Part shown: positions 28,345-38,568 of the stretch, piece after piece
How the letters are laid out: each line of letters begins with the position of its first letter
Position numbering within the stretch: position 1 is the stretch's first letter
Source of the DNA: Lacinutrix sp.
Lineage (GTDB): Bacteria; Bacteroidota; Bacteroidia; Flavobacteriales; Flavobacteriaceae
Direction: 5' to 3'
Length of the DNA: 64,000 nucleotides
NCBI RefSeq assembly: GCF_029238095.1
Contig: NZ_JAQWGS010000021.1
Span: 6,068-70,067, forward strand
Notes under the pieces: model-generated
Seen by the model: the letters and a program-made list of their open reading frames with translations, nothing else
Databases searched by the model: none
Told to the model about the DNA's origin: nothing
Translations under genes and position numbers: made by a program

Positions 28345-30219
28345 TTATTCTCTGATAAGTTTCACGGTTTTAGAACCATTAACGCCATCAATTCTTGCAA
28401 AATAAACTCCTGTTTTAAGGTTAGAAGCGTCAATTGAAGTTTCTAATGTATTAGGACTAACAGATATTACTTGTTTTCCTAAGATATCATAAACAGAAAT
28501 AGTGTTTATTACTGAGTTACTAATAACGTTCCAAGTAGCGTTTGTTGGATTAGGGAAAACAGAAAATTTAGCATCTGTAAAATTAGCTGTAGACAGCAAA
28601 TCACCGTTAGTGAAAAGGAAATTATCTATGTATAATATACTGTTGTTATCTACTGAAGACGCAAAAGGGTCTATTTTCCACTGGAAAAACTCTGCTTGAT
28701 CAAAACCTAAATTAGTAAAATAGGTTAATGGAATTGATACTTTAGTCCATTGCTCTGTAACAACAGCCTCATTTGTACCTATTTCATAAGTTACTTCTGT
28801 TACTGGTGTAGTATTATCACTAATTAATACAAATTTAAATCCTGTAGCTGTTGCGGCAGAATTTGTAGGTGCAAATATATAGTAATCAAAAGTTACATGA
28901 TCATAAGCGTTAATAGCTCCTGTTGTACCTTCTTCACCTTGTCCGTAACCACCATTTCCTAAATTAAATTTCCATGCGTTATTAACATTAGCTGACGGAT
29001 CTAAATCAACTTGAGAATCAAGACCTCCACCAAATTGATATGCAAATGGAAATATTGTTGAATAACTATTAGTGTCATTATAAACACTATAAACATTAGC
29101 ATCTGTTGCATCTGGTATTGGTGCTGCTGGTATTGCTGGAGGTGTAACTACTATTGCAGCACCTGCCGTACCTTGTATATTATCTACATATACAGTTCTT
29201 TCAATTTCTGGATCGTGCCATCCGCCTCCATTCCAGTTTGGAAATAAAGCTATAGTATCATACTCACCATTTGCAGAACCTGTATTATCAAGGTTTTCAT
29301 TAAACGTAAATGTAAGTGTTTCCCATCCAGATCCTGTATGCGCAGCATCTGCGGCAGAATCTATTGCACCATTTTGACCACCATCTAACCTTGCTAAAAT
29401 ATTAAATGGAGTTGTAGAGTATGCGTCTATAGTTACAATGTTTGTTGTTGGATCTGATACATCTATGTAATTGTCTTGCATTACTAAATTTGCACCTTGC
29501 CACGGATTACCAGCTTGCACTACAATTAACTCTCCTGCTGTAGCAGAACCATTGTTAGCATCTACACTTGGATTTGCAACAACGTTTGCTCCGCCTAGAC
29601 CTTCAAAACCTACGAAATCTATAGGTGTTGTTTCAAAATCCTCTAACATATCTAATACAACTGGTATTGCAGCACCTTGTGTACCACTTAAATTATCTAC
29701 ATACACTGTTCTTTCAATTTCAGGATCGTGATATCCGCCTCCATTCCAGTTTGGAAATAATGCAACTGTACTATACTCACCATTTGCAGAACCTGTATTA
29801 TCAAGGTTTTGATTAAACGTAAATGTTAGTGTTTCCCATCCAGAACCTGTATGCGCAGCATCTGCAGCAGAGTCTGTTGCACCATTTTGACCACCAGCTA
29901 ATCTTGCTAAAATGTTGAACGCAGATGTAGAATACACATCAAGAGTTACCGTGTTTGTAACAGGATCTGATACATCTAAATAATTGCTTTGCATAACCAA
30001 ATTAGCGCCTTGCCATGGGTTACCTGCTTGTACTACAATTAGCTCACCTACTGTAGCAGAACCATTGTTAGCATCTACACTTGGGTTTGCAACAACGTTT
30101 GCACCACCTAGACCTTCAAAACCTGAAAGGTTTGGCGAAGACTCAAAGTCTTCAAGATTTGTCTGTGAGTAGCCAAAAGCAAACATCACAAGAGCGAATA
30201 AAAAAGGAATTTTTCTCAT
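28345..30219 (-). CDS. T9SS-secreted non-catalytic multi-module protein (three CBM-like beta-sandwich domains + type A CTD)
   Basis: Signal peptide; two ~170-aa repeats; third domain after PAAPIP linker; VFPNPT...LKTGVYFARI...VKLIRE CTD; no catalytic motif recognised. Confidence 0.8.
   Translation of the reverse strand: MRKIPFLFALVMFAFGYSQTNLEDFESSPNLSGFEGLGGANVVANPSVDANNGSATVGELIVVQAGNPWQGANLVMQSNYLDVSDPVTNTVTLDVYSTSAFNILARLAGGQNGATDSAADAAHTGSGWETLTFTFNQNLDNTGSANGEYSTVALFPNWNGGGYHDPEIERTVYVDNLSGTQGAAIPVVLDMLEDFETTPIDFVGFEGLGGANVVANPSVDANNGSATAGELIVVQAGNPWQGANLVMQDNYIDVSDPTTNIVTIDAYSTTPFNILARLDGGQNGAIDSAADAAHTGSGWETLTFTFNENLDNTGSANGEYDTIALFPNWNGGGWHDPEIERTVYVDNIQGTAGAAIVVTPPAIPAAPIPDATDANVYSVYNDTNSYSTIFPFAYQFGGGLDSQVDLDPSANVNNAWKFNLGNGGYGQGEEGTTGAINAYDHVTFDYYIFAPTNSAATATGFKFVLISDNTTPVTEVTYEIGTNEAVVTEQWTKVSIPLTYFTNLGFDQAEFFQWKIDPFASSVDNNSILYIDNFLFTNGDLLSTANFTDAKFSVFPNPTNATWNVISNSVINTISVYDILGKQVISVSPNTLETSIDASNLKTGVYFARIDGVNGSKTVKLIRE
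29159..30159. repeat. Intragenic tandem duplication, two units with ~513-nt period
   Basis: e.g. TCAATTTC(T/A)GGATCGTG..ATCCGCCTCCATTCCAGTTTGGAAATAA at 29201 and 29714; protein repeats nearly identical. Confidence 0.95.
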
Positions 30220-30279
30220 AATTTTTAGTTTTTAATTTGTTAAAAATAGTTGTTTTTATTGTAATTAAACATCTTAACA

Positions 30280-30298
30280 CCTATACAAAAACAATACA
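30280..30298 (-). promoter_or_regulatory. 19-bp glucan-locus operator, copy A
   Basis: TGTATTGTTTTTGTATAGG on - strand, 31 nt upstream of TATTTTTA (30241-30248). Confidence 0.7.
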
Positions 30299-30379
30299 CC
30301 TAAACGTTTTAGGCTATTGAATGCATATAAGCGTATTAAATATTATCTTACAATGGAATTATTATAAAGTTTCGTTTTT

Positions 30380-33300
30380 TTAATTGTTAATTTTATAAAG
30401 TGTTGGTTTGTAATTATTATTAGTTATGACAATCATAGGATTGTGCTTTTTGTTTAATATATTGATACTTCTACTATCAAAAGGAACATAAAATCCACTT
30501 TGTGTTGGTGTAATATATTTAAAATTATTAAACCCATCTCCTAAAAATACTGTACCGAAACCGGCATCGTAACGTGTGGTTTCAACTTCTACACCATAAT
30601 GATTTCCTACGGTAATAATATCTTTATTTCCGTCTTGATTTATATCAAACACAAGGGTAGATTTAATTGGTGAAATTTGAGCTTCGAATGGTAACGGTTT
30701 TTTTATAAACTTACCATTATCGTTAATTAAAATGATACTTTCAAAGTTTTTAATCTCATAAACAACTGCATCTTCAACTTTATCTTCTGGAAGAATATCT
30801 ATTAGTTTGGACGAAGCAAAACTGTGATAGTCTTTAAATTTATCTGCAACATATGGCATTTGTTGACTTGTACATTCTCTCCCACGAAGTGGAACATAAT
30901 TGTTTTTATAGTATTTTGCTAAAACTACATCATTAGTACCATTATTATCAAAATCATTAGTATATACTTTAAAAGGATGTTCTTCTGAAGCTTTAAACTT
31001 ATTGTTTTTACCTAAGTTACCGATAATGTAATCATCATCACCGTCATTATCTAAATCACTTGCTGTTATTGACCACCAGAAGCCTCGAGTGTCTTTTAGA
31101 TTATAATCTTCAGTGGCTTTTACAAAACGTCCGTCGGTGTTTTTAAGTAGTGTTATTTCCATCCACTCACCAACTATCATTAGATCCTCATCGTTATCAT
31201 TGTCTATATCTGTGAATACAGCATCTGTAACCATTCCTATTTCATTTAAAGATGGAGCTGCCTTAGAAGATAATTTTTTAAATTTTCCGTTTTCATTTAC
31301 AAGTAAGTAACTTGTAGACGGATACGTGTAAGCACCAGGAATTAGACGTATCCCAACAAATAAATCTAAATCCCCATCTTTATCTATATCTGAAACTTTT
31401 ACACATTGAGAACTCTGTTTAATTGGTGGCAAAGTATTCTTGGATTTGGTAAAAATGCCATTACCATTGTTAAGATATAGTCTATCTTGTAAATGCGGGC
31501 TTCCAATTTTAAATTCGCTACCACCACTTGCAATGTAAAGATCCATATCATTATCATTATCAACGTCTAAAAACACACACCCTAAATCTTCGGAAATTTT
31601 GTCTTTTTCCCAAGGCTGAGAGGCACTCTTGATATACAAATTGTTTTTGTTTTGTATATAAAGTACGCCACTTTGGTCTTTTGCGCCTCCGATAAAAATA
31701 TCATCCAATCCATCACCGTTAACGTCTGCATTAGCTGAGAAAGGTCCGTTTTGAGAGATGTTATGTGGAAGTAGTATTTCTTCTACAAATTCATCAAATT
31801 CATTTTCTATATGTTGGTAATCAATACCAATAGTTTTTGGATTTATTTCTGTAACTAATGGGTTTGGTTTAGTGTTAGTGTTTGTTTTAGGTTTTGCATC
31901 TGACTCACGCGCAATAAGCACCGTATTAGCAGACACATTTGTATAGCTATTGGAAGTACCGTTTGGCCAAATCACCTCAACGTTATCAATAACTTTGTCT
32001 TTCCCTAATCCAAAAAATATACCGTGCTCTACAGAAGAAATAAAACCTCTTGTTACTGTATTTTCAGCAAATTGTTGTGTTCCGTTGTGTGTAATTTTTG
32101 CTTTTGCACCTATACCTAATGTGTTTTTATCTGAGCCTTGTACGTTAATTTTTAAAAAATTACCCGTGGCTTTATTTTTATAAATGAAAGCTGTGTCATC
32201 TATATTATTTATTACTACATCTAAATCACCATCATTATCTAAATCCCCGTATGCCATACCATTTGAAAAACTTGGTGTTTCAAAACCCCAATCTTTTGTT
32301 ACTTTTTCAAATTGATAGTTCCCTTTATTTTTATAAGCATAGTTTGGTATTCGTTGAGAGGGAGTTTCTTTGCTTAATTCAAATAGTTTTTCTGCAGTAG
32401 TTTCTTTACCCAGTTTACTAACTTTAGTTCTATAATCATTATTATCTACGTCTTTTTTTATACCATTTGAAACAATAATATCTTTAAGACCATCATTATC
32501 TAAATCTACAATAAGACTTGCCCAACTCCAGTCTGTAAATGCAACACCAGCCATATTTGCTATATCAGAAAATGTTCCTAGACCTGTATTAATTTGTAGT
32601 GTATTTGTCATGTATTGGTAGTGAGCACCAGCTTTTACGTAATTTCTAAACTGCTCTGTACTCATGGACGCCATATTTGTTTTTGACCTATAGTGATCTT
32701 CTGGTGTCATATCTGTGGTAATTAAATCTAATAAGCCATCATTATTAATATCTCCAGTATCTGTACCCATACTTAGTTGTGTAATATGTTTTAGCTTTTC
32801 GTTTATAACATTTGTAAAAGTACCATTACCATTATTGTAGTACATAAAATCTGGCTCTGCATAGTCATTGGAAACATATAGATCCATCCATCCATCATTA
32901 TTTAGGTCTGAAGCATTAACACTTAAACCATAAGCAACATTAGTGGATATACCAACGTCTTTAGAAACATTTGTAAACTTACCATTGTCATTTCTATATA
33001 GCCGATCTCTAAAAAATTTGTATTGACTTTTAGGTATTTTATTGAGTAATAATAATTTTTTATCTGGTAATTGATTGACTTGGTACATGTCTAAATCACC
33101 ATCGTTATCCATATCAAAAAACACAGCTTGTGTAGAAAAACCAACATCTGCTAAGCCATAAAGCTGTGCAGACTCTGTAAATGTTAAATCTTGATTATTA
33201 ATGTATAATTGATTTCTGCGATCCTCGGGTTTTGTTGAGTTTCCGTTGCGACTCACATATATATCTAAATAACCGTCTGCATTAACATCTGCCATAGTAA

Positions 33301-33670
33301 CTCCCCATGTCCAACCATTATTTTTAGCAACTTTAGATGTTTTAGTAATATCTTCAAATTTAAAATCTCCTTTGTTTAGATAAAGTCTATCTGAAACTTG
33401 ATTTCCCCCAAAAAAAACATCTGGTAATCCATCATTGTTTATATCTCCTATAGCAACACCAGATCCAATGTATATTTGACTGTAAAAGTGGTGATTAAAA
33501 TATGTAGATTCTTTTATAGTGTTGTTGAAATCTATTCCTGTTTGGTCTGAAGACAATAACTCAAAACCACCAACTAATTCTTCAGGATTTAGGTCTCTCT
33601 TAGTTTCGTTTTTACAGTTAAAAAAAACTGCAATACTAGCACATATCATTAAAATATTAATATACCTCAT
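30380..33670 (-). CDS. VCBS/FG-GAP repeat lipoprotein with ASPIC/UnbV domain
   Basis: Lipobox FFNC; many DxDxDGxxD repeats; central NTLGIGAK...RGFISS...FGLG...VIWP ASPIC/UnbV region. Confidence 0.9.
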   Translation of the reverse strand: MRYINILMICASIAVFFNCKNETKRDLNPEELVGGFELLSSDQTGIDFNNTIKESTYFNHHFYSQIYIGSGVAIGDINNDGLPDVFFGGNQVSDRLYLNKGDFKFEDITKTSKVAKNNGWTWGVTMADVNADGYLDIYVSRNGNSTKPEDRRNQLYINNQDLTFTESAQLYGLADVGFSTQAVFFDMDNDGDLDMYQVNQLPDKKLLLLNKIPKSQYKFFRDRLYRNDNGKFTNVSKDVGISTNVAYGLSVNASDLNNDGWMDLYVSNDYAEPDFMYYNNGNGTFTNVINEKLKHITQLSMGTDTGDINNDGLLDLITTDMTPEDHYRSKTNMASMSTEQFRNYVKAGAHYQYMTNTLQINTGLGTFSDIANMAGVAFTDWSWASLIVDLDNDGLKDIIVSNGIKKDVDNNDYRTKVSKLGKETTAEKLFELSKETPSQRIPNYAYKNKGNYQFEKVTKDWGFETPSFSNGMAYGDLDNDGDLDVVINNIDDTAFIYKNKATGNFLKINVQGSDKNTLGIGAKAKITHNGTQQFAENTVTRGFISSVEHGIFFGLGKDKVIDNVEVIWPNGTSNSYTNVSANTVLIARESDAKPKTNTNTKPNPLVTEINPKTIGIDYQHIENEFDEFVEEILLPHNISQNGPFSANADVNGDGLDDIFIGGAKDQSGVLYIQNKNNLYIKSASQPWEKDKISEDLGCVFLDVDNDNDMDLYIASGGSEFKIGSPHLQDRLYLNNGNGIFTKSKNTLPPIKQSSQCVKVSDIDKDGDLDLFVGIRLIPGAYTYPSTSYLLVNENGKFKKLSSKAAPSLNEIGMVTDAVFTDIDNDNDEDLMIVGEWMEITLLKNTDGRFVKATEDYNLKDTRGFWWSITASDLDNDGDDDYIIGNLGKNNKFKASEEHPFKVYTNDFDNNGTNDVVLAKYYKNNYVPLRGRECTSQQMPYVADKFKDYHSFASSKLIDILPEDKVEDAVVYEIKNFESIILINDNGKFIKKPLPFEAQISPIKSTLVFDINQDGNKDIITVGNHYGVEVETTRYDAGFGTVFLGDGFNNFKYITPTQSGFYVPFDSRSINILNKKHNPMIVITNNNYKPTLYKINN

Positions 33671-33728
33671 TAAAAATAATATTAGTTATCGCTATGCTTT
33701 AAAAGTGTCTTGTAAAACGCTTTATTAT

Positions 33729-34637
33729 CTAAAACTTTAATTTTTCATGTTTATCCCATAATCCCCAATAGGCGCCAACATCTCCTTCGTCTCCTGTTTT
33801 CCAGGATTCATCAAAAGAAGAGAAATAGAAGGTTTTTATGTTTGCTTTTTTTGCCCAAGCCTGTGTGTTTATAAAGTATTTTATGGCGTTTTCTTCTGAT
33901 GAAAATGCACTTTTTAAACTACCTCCTTCACTTGGCCAACCTGTTTCTGTTATTAAAATTAGTTTTCCTTGTGCAACAGATTCTACTTGTGCATACATGT
34001 GTTGCATATGGCCTAATGCTCCGTCTATATGTGTGCCTTCCCAATAAGGGTAGCAATTGCTTAAAATAATATCACTATGTGCTACAAGTTCTGGGTGAAC
34101 CGAAAACTCGTAATATGCATCTACATAACCAACAGGTGTGTTTGGTAATGCTTTTTTTACACGTTTTATATAGCCAAGCAATTCGTCTAGGGTGAGTTCA
34201 TTTCTGTATAACACCTCATTACCAACAGCCGCTATATCTACAACTCCTTCTTTTGCTAATTGTATTAAACCTTCTATTTCCTTTTCATTATCGGCTTTGT
34301 TATCACTTAACCAAGCCCCAACTAGAGTTTTAAGTCCGTGTTTTTTAGCCATTTTTGGCACATGCTCGTTGCCTTCTATACAAGAAAATGAGCGTATCCA
34401 TTTGGTGTAGGGTTTTAAAATTTTAACGCGTCTTTCTACTTGTGCTTCAGTAATTTTATCTCCGGGCTGTTGCCCATCTTCGTACATACTAAAACAAATG
34501 CCGTGCATACCTTGTTTTAAAGTAGCATTCCATAATTTTTTTAAATCTTCTAAACTGTATTTACTAAAATCAGTTCCGGAATGTTCGGTAAAATTTATAC
34601 CGCTGTACAAATGATAGGCTTCGTCTCTGTATGACAT
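33729..34637 (-). CDS. Glycoside hydrolase family 17 (cytoplasmic beta-1,3-glucanase)
   Basis: AVGNEVL acid/base, NCYPYWEG, ITETGWPS nucleophile, FDESWK; no signal peptide. Confidence 0.9.
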   Translation of the reverse strand: MSYRDEAYHLYSGINFTEHSGTDFSKYSLEDLKKLWNATLKQGMHGICFSMYEDGQQPGDKITEAQVERRVKILKPYTKWIRSFSCIEGNEHVPKMAKKHGLKTLVGAWLSDNKADNEKEIEGLIQLAKEGVVDIAAVGNEVLYRNELTLDELLGYIKRVKKALPNTPVGYVDAYYEFSVHPELVAHSDIILSNCYPYWEGTHIDGALGHMQHMYAQVESVAQGKLILITETGWPSEGGSLKSAFSSEENAIKYFINTQAWAKKANIKTFYFSSFDESWKTGDEGDVGAYWGLWDKHEKLKF

Positions 34638-34662
34638 GGTTATTGTTTTTTAAATACTTGTT

Positions 34663-37020
34663 TTATTTCTCGTATTTTAGTGTTTCATCTTTGTCCCAGA
34701 TGCCCCAACGTGCACCAACCTCTCCTTCAATAGCAACTTTCCAAGATTCATCAAAAGATGAGAAATGGAATATAGCTACACCTTCGGTTTGTGCCCAATT
34801 TTGGGTGTTTATAAAATACCTCATGGCATTGATTTCCGATGGCGCTGCGTCTAATACAGCTTCGCCTTTACTAGGCCAACCTGTTTCAGAAATAATTACG
34901 GGTTTTCCGTTTGCAGCTTGCTTGGTTATGGCATGCATTTTTCTTAAATTAATAAGTGCATCATCAATACTGATTCCTTCCCAAAATGGATAACAATTAG
35001 ACAGAATTACATCTGATACTTCTACAATTTTAGGACGCTTATGAAATTCATAATAAGTATCTACATAACCAACAGGAATATTTAAACCAGTTAATGCTTT
35101 TTTAACGCTGTTGATATATCCAATGAGTTCTTCCTCAGAGCAATCGCCTCTTAATAAAACTTCGTTTCCTACGGCTGCAATATCTACTAAACCTGCTTTT
35201 GCAAGTTCAATTAAGCTTTGTATTTCCTGTTCGTTTTTGTCTTTATCAGCACTTATCCATGCTCCAACAATAGTTTTAAGACCATTTTTGTGTGCATTGT
35301 TAGGAATTAACTCATTACCAGCTGTACATGAAAAAGAGCGTACCCATTTGGTGTAAGGAAAAATAATATCCATACGGCGATTTATTTGTGATTCTGTTAA
35401 AATATCACCAGTATTTTGACCTTCTACATAAGGACTAAAACATAAGCCGTGTAATTGATTGTTTAGTGTGGTTTTATAAGTGGCTTTAAGATCTTTTTCA
35501 GTGAGTTTACTAACATCTGTTGGAGTGTATGATTTTAGATTTAACTCTAAATTTGAAAGTGATGTTAAATTACCTGATCCATAAGCAGATGAGGTTTTAC
35601 TCACATCATTTTTTCTTTTATTTAATGCCGTTCTAATTTCATTTGCACGAGCTTCATCTATACTGTAATCTTTCATTATATACATGGCAATCAGCGTCCC
35701 AATGGCCGGGAAAAAACAAAAGAACGCATGCAGTCCATCAACAGCTCCTTGTTGCTCTGTTGAAGGTATATCGGCAGTAAAACCAACTATCCATATTATT
35801 AAACCACTTAACGCTCCTGCAATTGCAAAGCCAACTTTTACCATCCACCAATAGATAGCACCAAATGTGCCTTCTCTTCGTTTGCCTGTATTTAACTCAT
35901 CTACATCTATAACATCTGCGGTCATTGACATCATAATCATAAATAAGCTTCCAATACCAAAAGAGAAAAATGGAAGTCCTATGATATACATCCATGGTTT
36001 ACCTGGTATAAATAAAAAGTAGAGTAATATATATCCAAAAAGCGATATGCTTTGTGCAATCATAAATGCTTTTTTCTTTCCAAATTTTTTAGATAGCCAA
36101 GTTACTGTTGGTATCACTAAAAAAGTTGTGCCTAACGCCCCAAAACATCCAAATAATGACACCCAAATACCTGAAGCACCTGCGTTTCCATTAAATAACT
36201 TGTAAACAATAACAAAAAAGGTAAGCGACGCTACAGTGTTAAATGCATTAAAAATTAAAAAAGTTGCACCACAAAGTTTTCTAAAGGCTTTAATTTTAAA
36301 CGCTTCTTTAAAACTGGTTAGTATTTTGGTTAAACTACTTCCAATATTTGCTAGGTTTAAAGGTTCATAATCTTTATTTAGTGTAGAACCTTCTTTAATA
36401 AATAATGCAGGTACCATGGCACATAGTGCACAAGGTATGGCAACCCAAACTGCTAGTGTTCTTACAGCTTCTTCGGCGGAAGGAAACCACTCTGGATCGT
36501 ACATGATTACCCAGAACCATGGTGCAATTACCCAAGCCCATTGTCCCATCCATTGTGCAACAGCCATAATGTTAGTACGTTCATGAAAATCATCACTCAT
36601 TTCATAACCCATAGCAACATAAGGCACACTAAAAAACGTAAGTCCTAGATAAAACACAACCGACCACAAAAAGAAGTACCAGAAGTTGTATTCTAATGAA
36701 TTTTCTTTAAAAAGTTGCCACATAAAAATGTAAGCCACACCCATAATTAAACCTCCAATAACTACATATTGGCGACGTCTTCCCCATTTAGATTTTGTAT
36801 TGTCTGAAATAAAACCCATGATAGGATCTGTAATAGCATCAAACAACCTAGGAAACAGGTATATCATTGCCCACATTAAACCTGTAAATTTTAAGTCTTC
36901 TACAAGTACCACCATGAAAATTCCAAGAATGGCAGGAAACATTTGGTTAGCAAACATACCTGCTCCAAATGCAATTTTTAAACCTATTGGTACTTTTGAA
37001 GAACTACTTGTATTACTCAT
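34663..37020 (-). CDS. MFS (GPH-family) sugar transporter fused to C-terminal GH17
   Basis: DAITDPIMGFISDNTKSKWGRRR and ~12 TM, then AVGNEVL...ISETGWPS...FDESWK. Confidence 0.92.
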   Translation of the reverse strand: MSNTSSSSKVPIGLKIAFGAGMFANQMFPAILGIFMVVLVEDLKFTGLMWAMIYLFPRLFDAITDPIMGFISDNTKSKWGRRRQYVVIGGLIMGVAYIFMWQLFKENSLEYNFWYFFLWSVVFYLGLTFFSVPYVAMGYEMSDDFHERTNIMAVAQWMGQWAWVIAPWFWVIMYDPEWFPSAEEAVRTLAVWVAIPCALCAMVPALFIKEGSTLNKDYEPLNLANIGSSLTKILTSFKEAFKIKAFRKLCGATFLIFNAFNTVASLTFFVIVYKLFNGNAGASGIWVSLFGCFGALGTTFLVIPTVTWLSKKFGKKKAFMIAQSISLFGYILLYFLFIPGKPWMYIIGLPFFSFGIGSLFMIMMSMTADVIDVDELNTGKRREGTFGAIYWWMVKVGFAIAGALSGLIIWIVGFTADIPSTEQQGAVDGLHAFFCFFPAIGTLIAMYIMKDYSIDEARANEIRTALNKRKNDVSKTSSAYGSGNLTSLSNLELNLKSYTPTDVSKLTEKDLKATYKTTLNNQLHGLCFSPYVEGQNTGDILTESQINRRMDIIFPYTKWVRSFSCTAGNELIPNNAHKNGLKTIVGAWISADKDKNEQEIQSLIELAKAGLVDIAAVGNEVLLRGDCSEEELIGYINSVKKALTGLNIPVGYVDTYYEFHKRPKIVEVSDVILSNCYPFWEGISIDDALINLRKMHAITKQAANGKPVIISETGWPSKGEAVLDAAPSEINAMRYFINTQNWAQTEGVAIFHFSSFDESWKVAIEGEVGARWGIWDKDETLKYEK

Positions 37021-37033
37021 GGTTTTACGTTGA

Positions 37034-38524
37034 TTAGTTAGTTGGTATTATAATAGTTTGTAAAGTATGTTCATCTATTTTAATAGCTACAGTTTTAGCA
37101 CTTAGTTTAAGATTAAAGGTTTTGTTGTTTTCACCTTCGTTAAAAACAACTATTGCTATGCTGCCATCTGTATTTTTTGCAGCGGTTACTTGTAATGTTT
37201 CGTCTGTGTTTTCTAACCCAATAACTTCTGCACCAGGACGAATAAATTTACTAAAATGAGCCATTGTGTAGTATAATGGTGTAAAGTACACTTCATCTGC
37301 TTCTGGATCTACAATAACCGGCGCATGACACCAATTTTTAAACCAATTTGGACCTCCTTGGCGGTCTAAAACCATATTCCAATCTACCCAACCATCTACC
37401 CAATTGTTAAGGCAGCCAATAATGTCTCTAGCATAACGGTTTACTGGGGCATATTTTGGATGTAGGTATTTTTTTTCAGCCTCGCGCCAATCATAACCCC
37501 AATCTGTGGACTCTTTACTCCAATACCAATTGTCGTCTTTCCATTTTGGTACTTCAGAATCTATACAGCCTTCGGTTTCAATTAAATATTTATGGGGTGC
37601 TTTGTTGTGTGCGTATTGCAGTGCTTTTGGAAAAACGTCATAAGTACTTTCATACCAATGTATGGCTGTACCCGCAAAATATTTTGAGGTGTTTTCATCT
37701 TTATACATTGCATCTACCCATTCTTTTATGCCATCTCTGTTTTGGTCATAACCTAATATTTTAATATCCCCAAATCCTGTTTTTTCTAGTTTTGGTCCTA
37801 AATGATGCTGAACAAAATCGGTTTCTTCTTCTGGTGAAAAGTGCATACTTTCCCAATTATTACCATTACCATGAGGTTCATTAACTGGTGTTAATCCCCA
37901 AATATTAATGCCTTCTGCTTTATAAGCTTCTAGATATTTAGTAAAATAGAGTGCAAATGTGCTGTAGTATTCTGGTAGTAATTTTCCGCCAACATACTTA
38001 TTGTTATCTTTCATCCAAGGTGCTGCACTCCACGGTGATGCTATAATCTTAAAGCCCTCTTTAGAAATTTGGATGGCCTCTTTAATCATAGGAATTAAAT
38101 CGTCTTGATCTTCTTTTACTGAAAAATGTTGAAGCTCTACATCTCCTTCAACTGGTGCGTATGTATAATTATTTAATGAAAAATCACAGGAAGCAATGTG
38201 AGTTCTTGTGAGTGAATAGTTTGCTCCGTCTTCACCAAAATAAGCCTCAAGTACTTTAGTTCTATTGAATTTACTCAAACGATTTAGTAAGTAAGCAGAA
38301 GATTCTGTAAAAGAACCACCAATACCAGTTATGGTTTGAAACGTTTTGTTTGGTAACAAGGTTATGGTATCATTAGTAGCCTCTGCCTCAAAGTTTGTGA
38401 TTTGTGTTAGTTTATGTCCACTTTTTGAAGTTTCGTAAACAGTTATGCTTAGTTTGGTGTCTTCACAACCCATTATTAGTAGTGCTAGAGTGAAAATTAG
38501 TATGATTGGTTTTATGGTTTTCAT
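37034..38524 (-). CDS. Glycoside hydrolase family 30 lipoprotein (likely beta-1,6-glucosidase, laminarin debranching); start refined to 38524
   Basis: FQTITGIGGSFTES, RTHIASCDFS, ASPWSAAPWMK, VNEP and ETEGC catalytic Glu, DWNMVLD; lipobox IMGC. Confidence 0.88.
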   Translation of the reverse strand: MKTIKPIILIFTLALLIMGCEDTKLSITVYETSKSGHKLTQITNFEAEATNDTITLLPNKTFQTITGIGGSFTESSAYLLNRLSKFNRTKVLEAYFGEDGANYSLTRTHIASCDFSLNNYTYAPVEGDVELQHFSVKEDQDDLIPMIKEAIQISKEGFKIIASPWSAAPWMKDNNKYVGGKLLPEYYSTFALYFTKYLEAYKAEGINIWGLTPVNEPHGNGNNWESMHFSPEEETDFVQHHLGPKLEKTGFGDIKILGYDQNRDGIKEWVDAMYKDENTSKYFAGTAIHWYESTYDVFPKALQYAHNKAPHKYLIETEGCIDSEVPKWKDDNWYWSKESTDWGYDWREAEKKYLHPKYAPVNRYARDIIGCLNNWVDGWVDWNMVLDRQGGPNWFKNWCHAPVIVDPEADEVYFTPLYYTMAHFSKFIRPGAEVIGLENTDETLQVTAAKNTDGSIAIVVFNEGENNKTFNLKLSAKTVAIKIDEHTLQTIIIPTN

Positions 38525-38568
38525 ATTACAAATGATCAAAATCACTTTAAATTTGTTTTTAGATCGTT

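Noticed and set aside
29159-30159. Repeat as a CRISPR array or mobile element
   Set aside because: Two long in-frame domain copies inside a CDS; no spacers, cas genes or terminal inverted repeats
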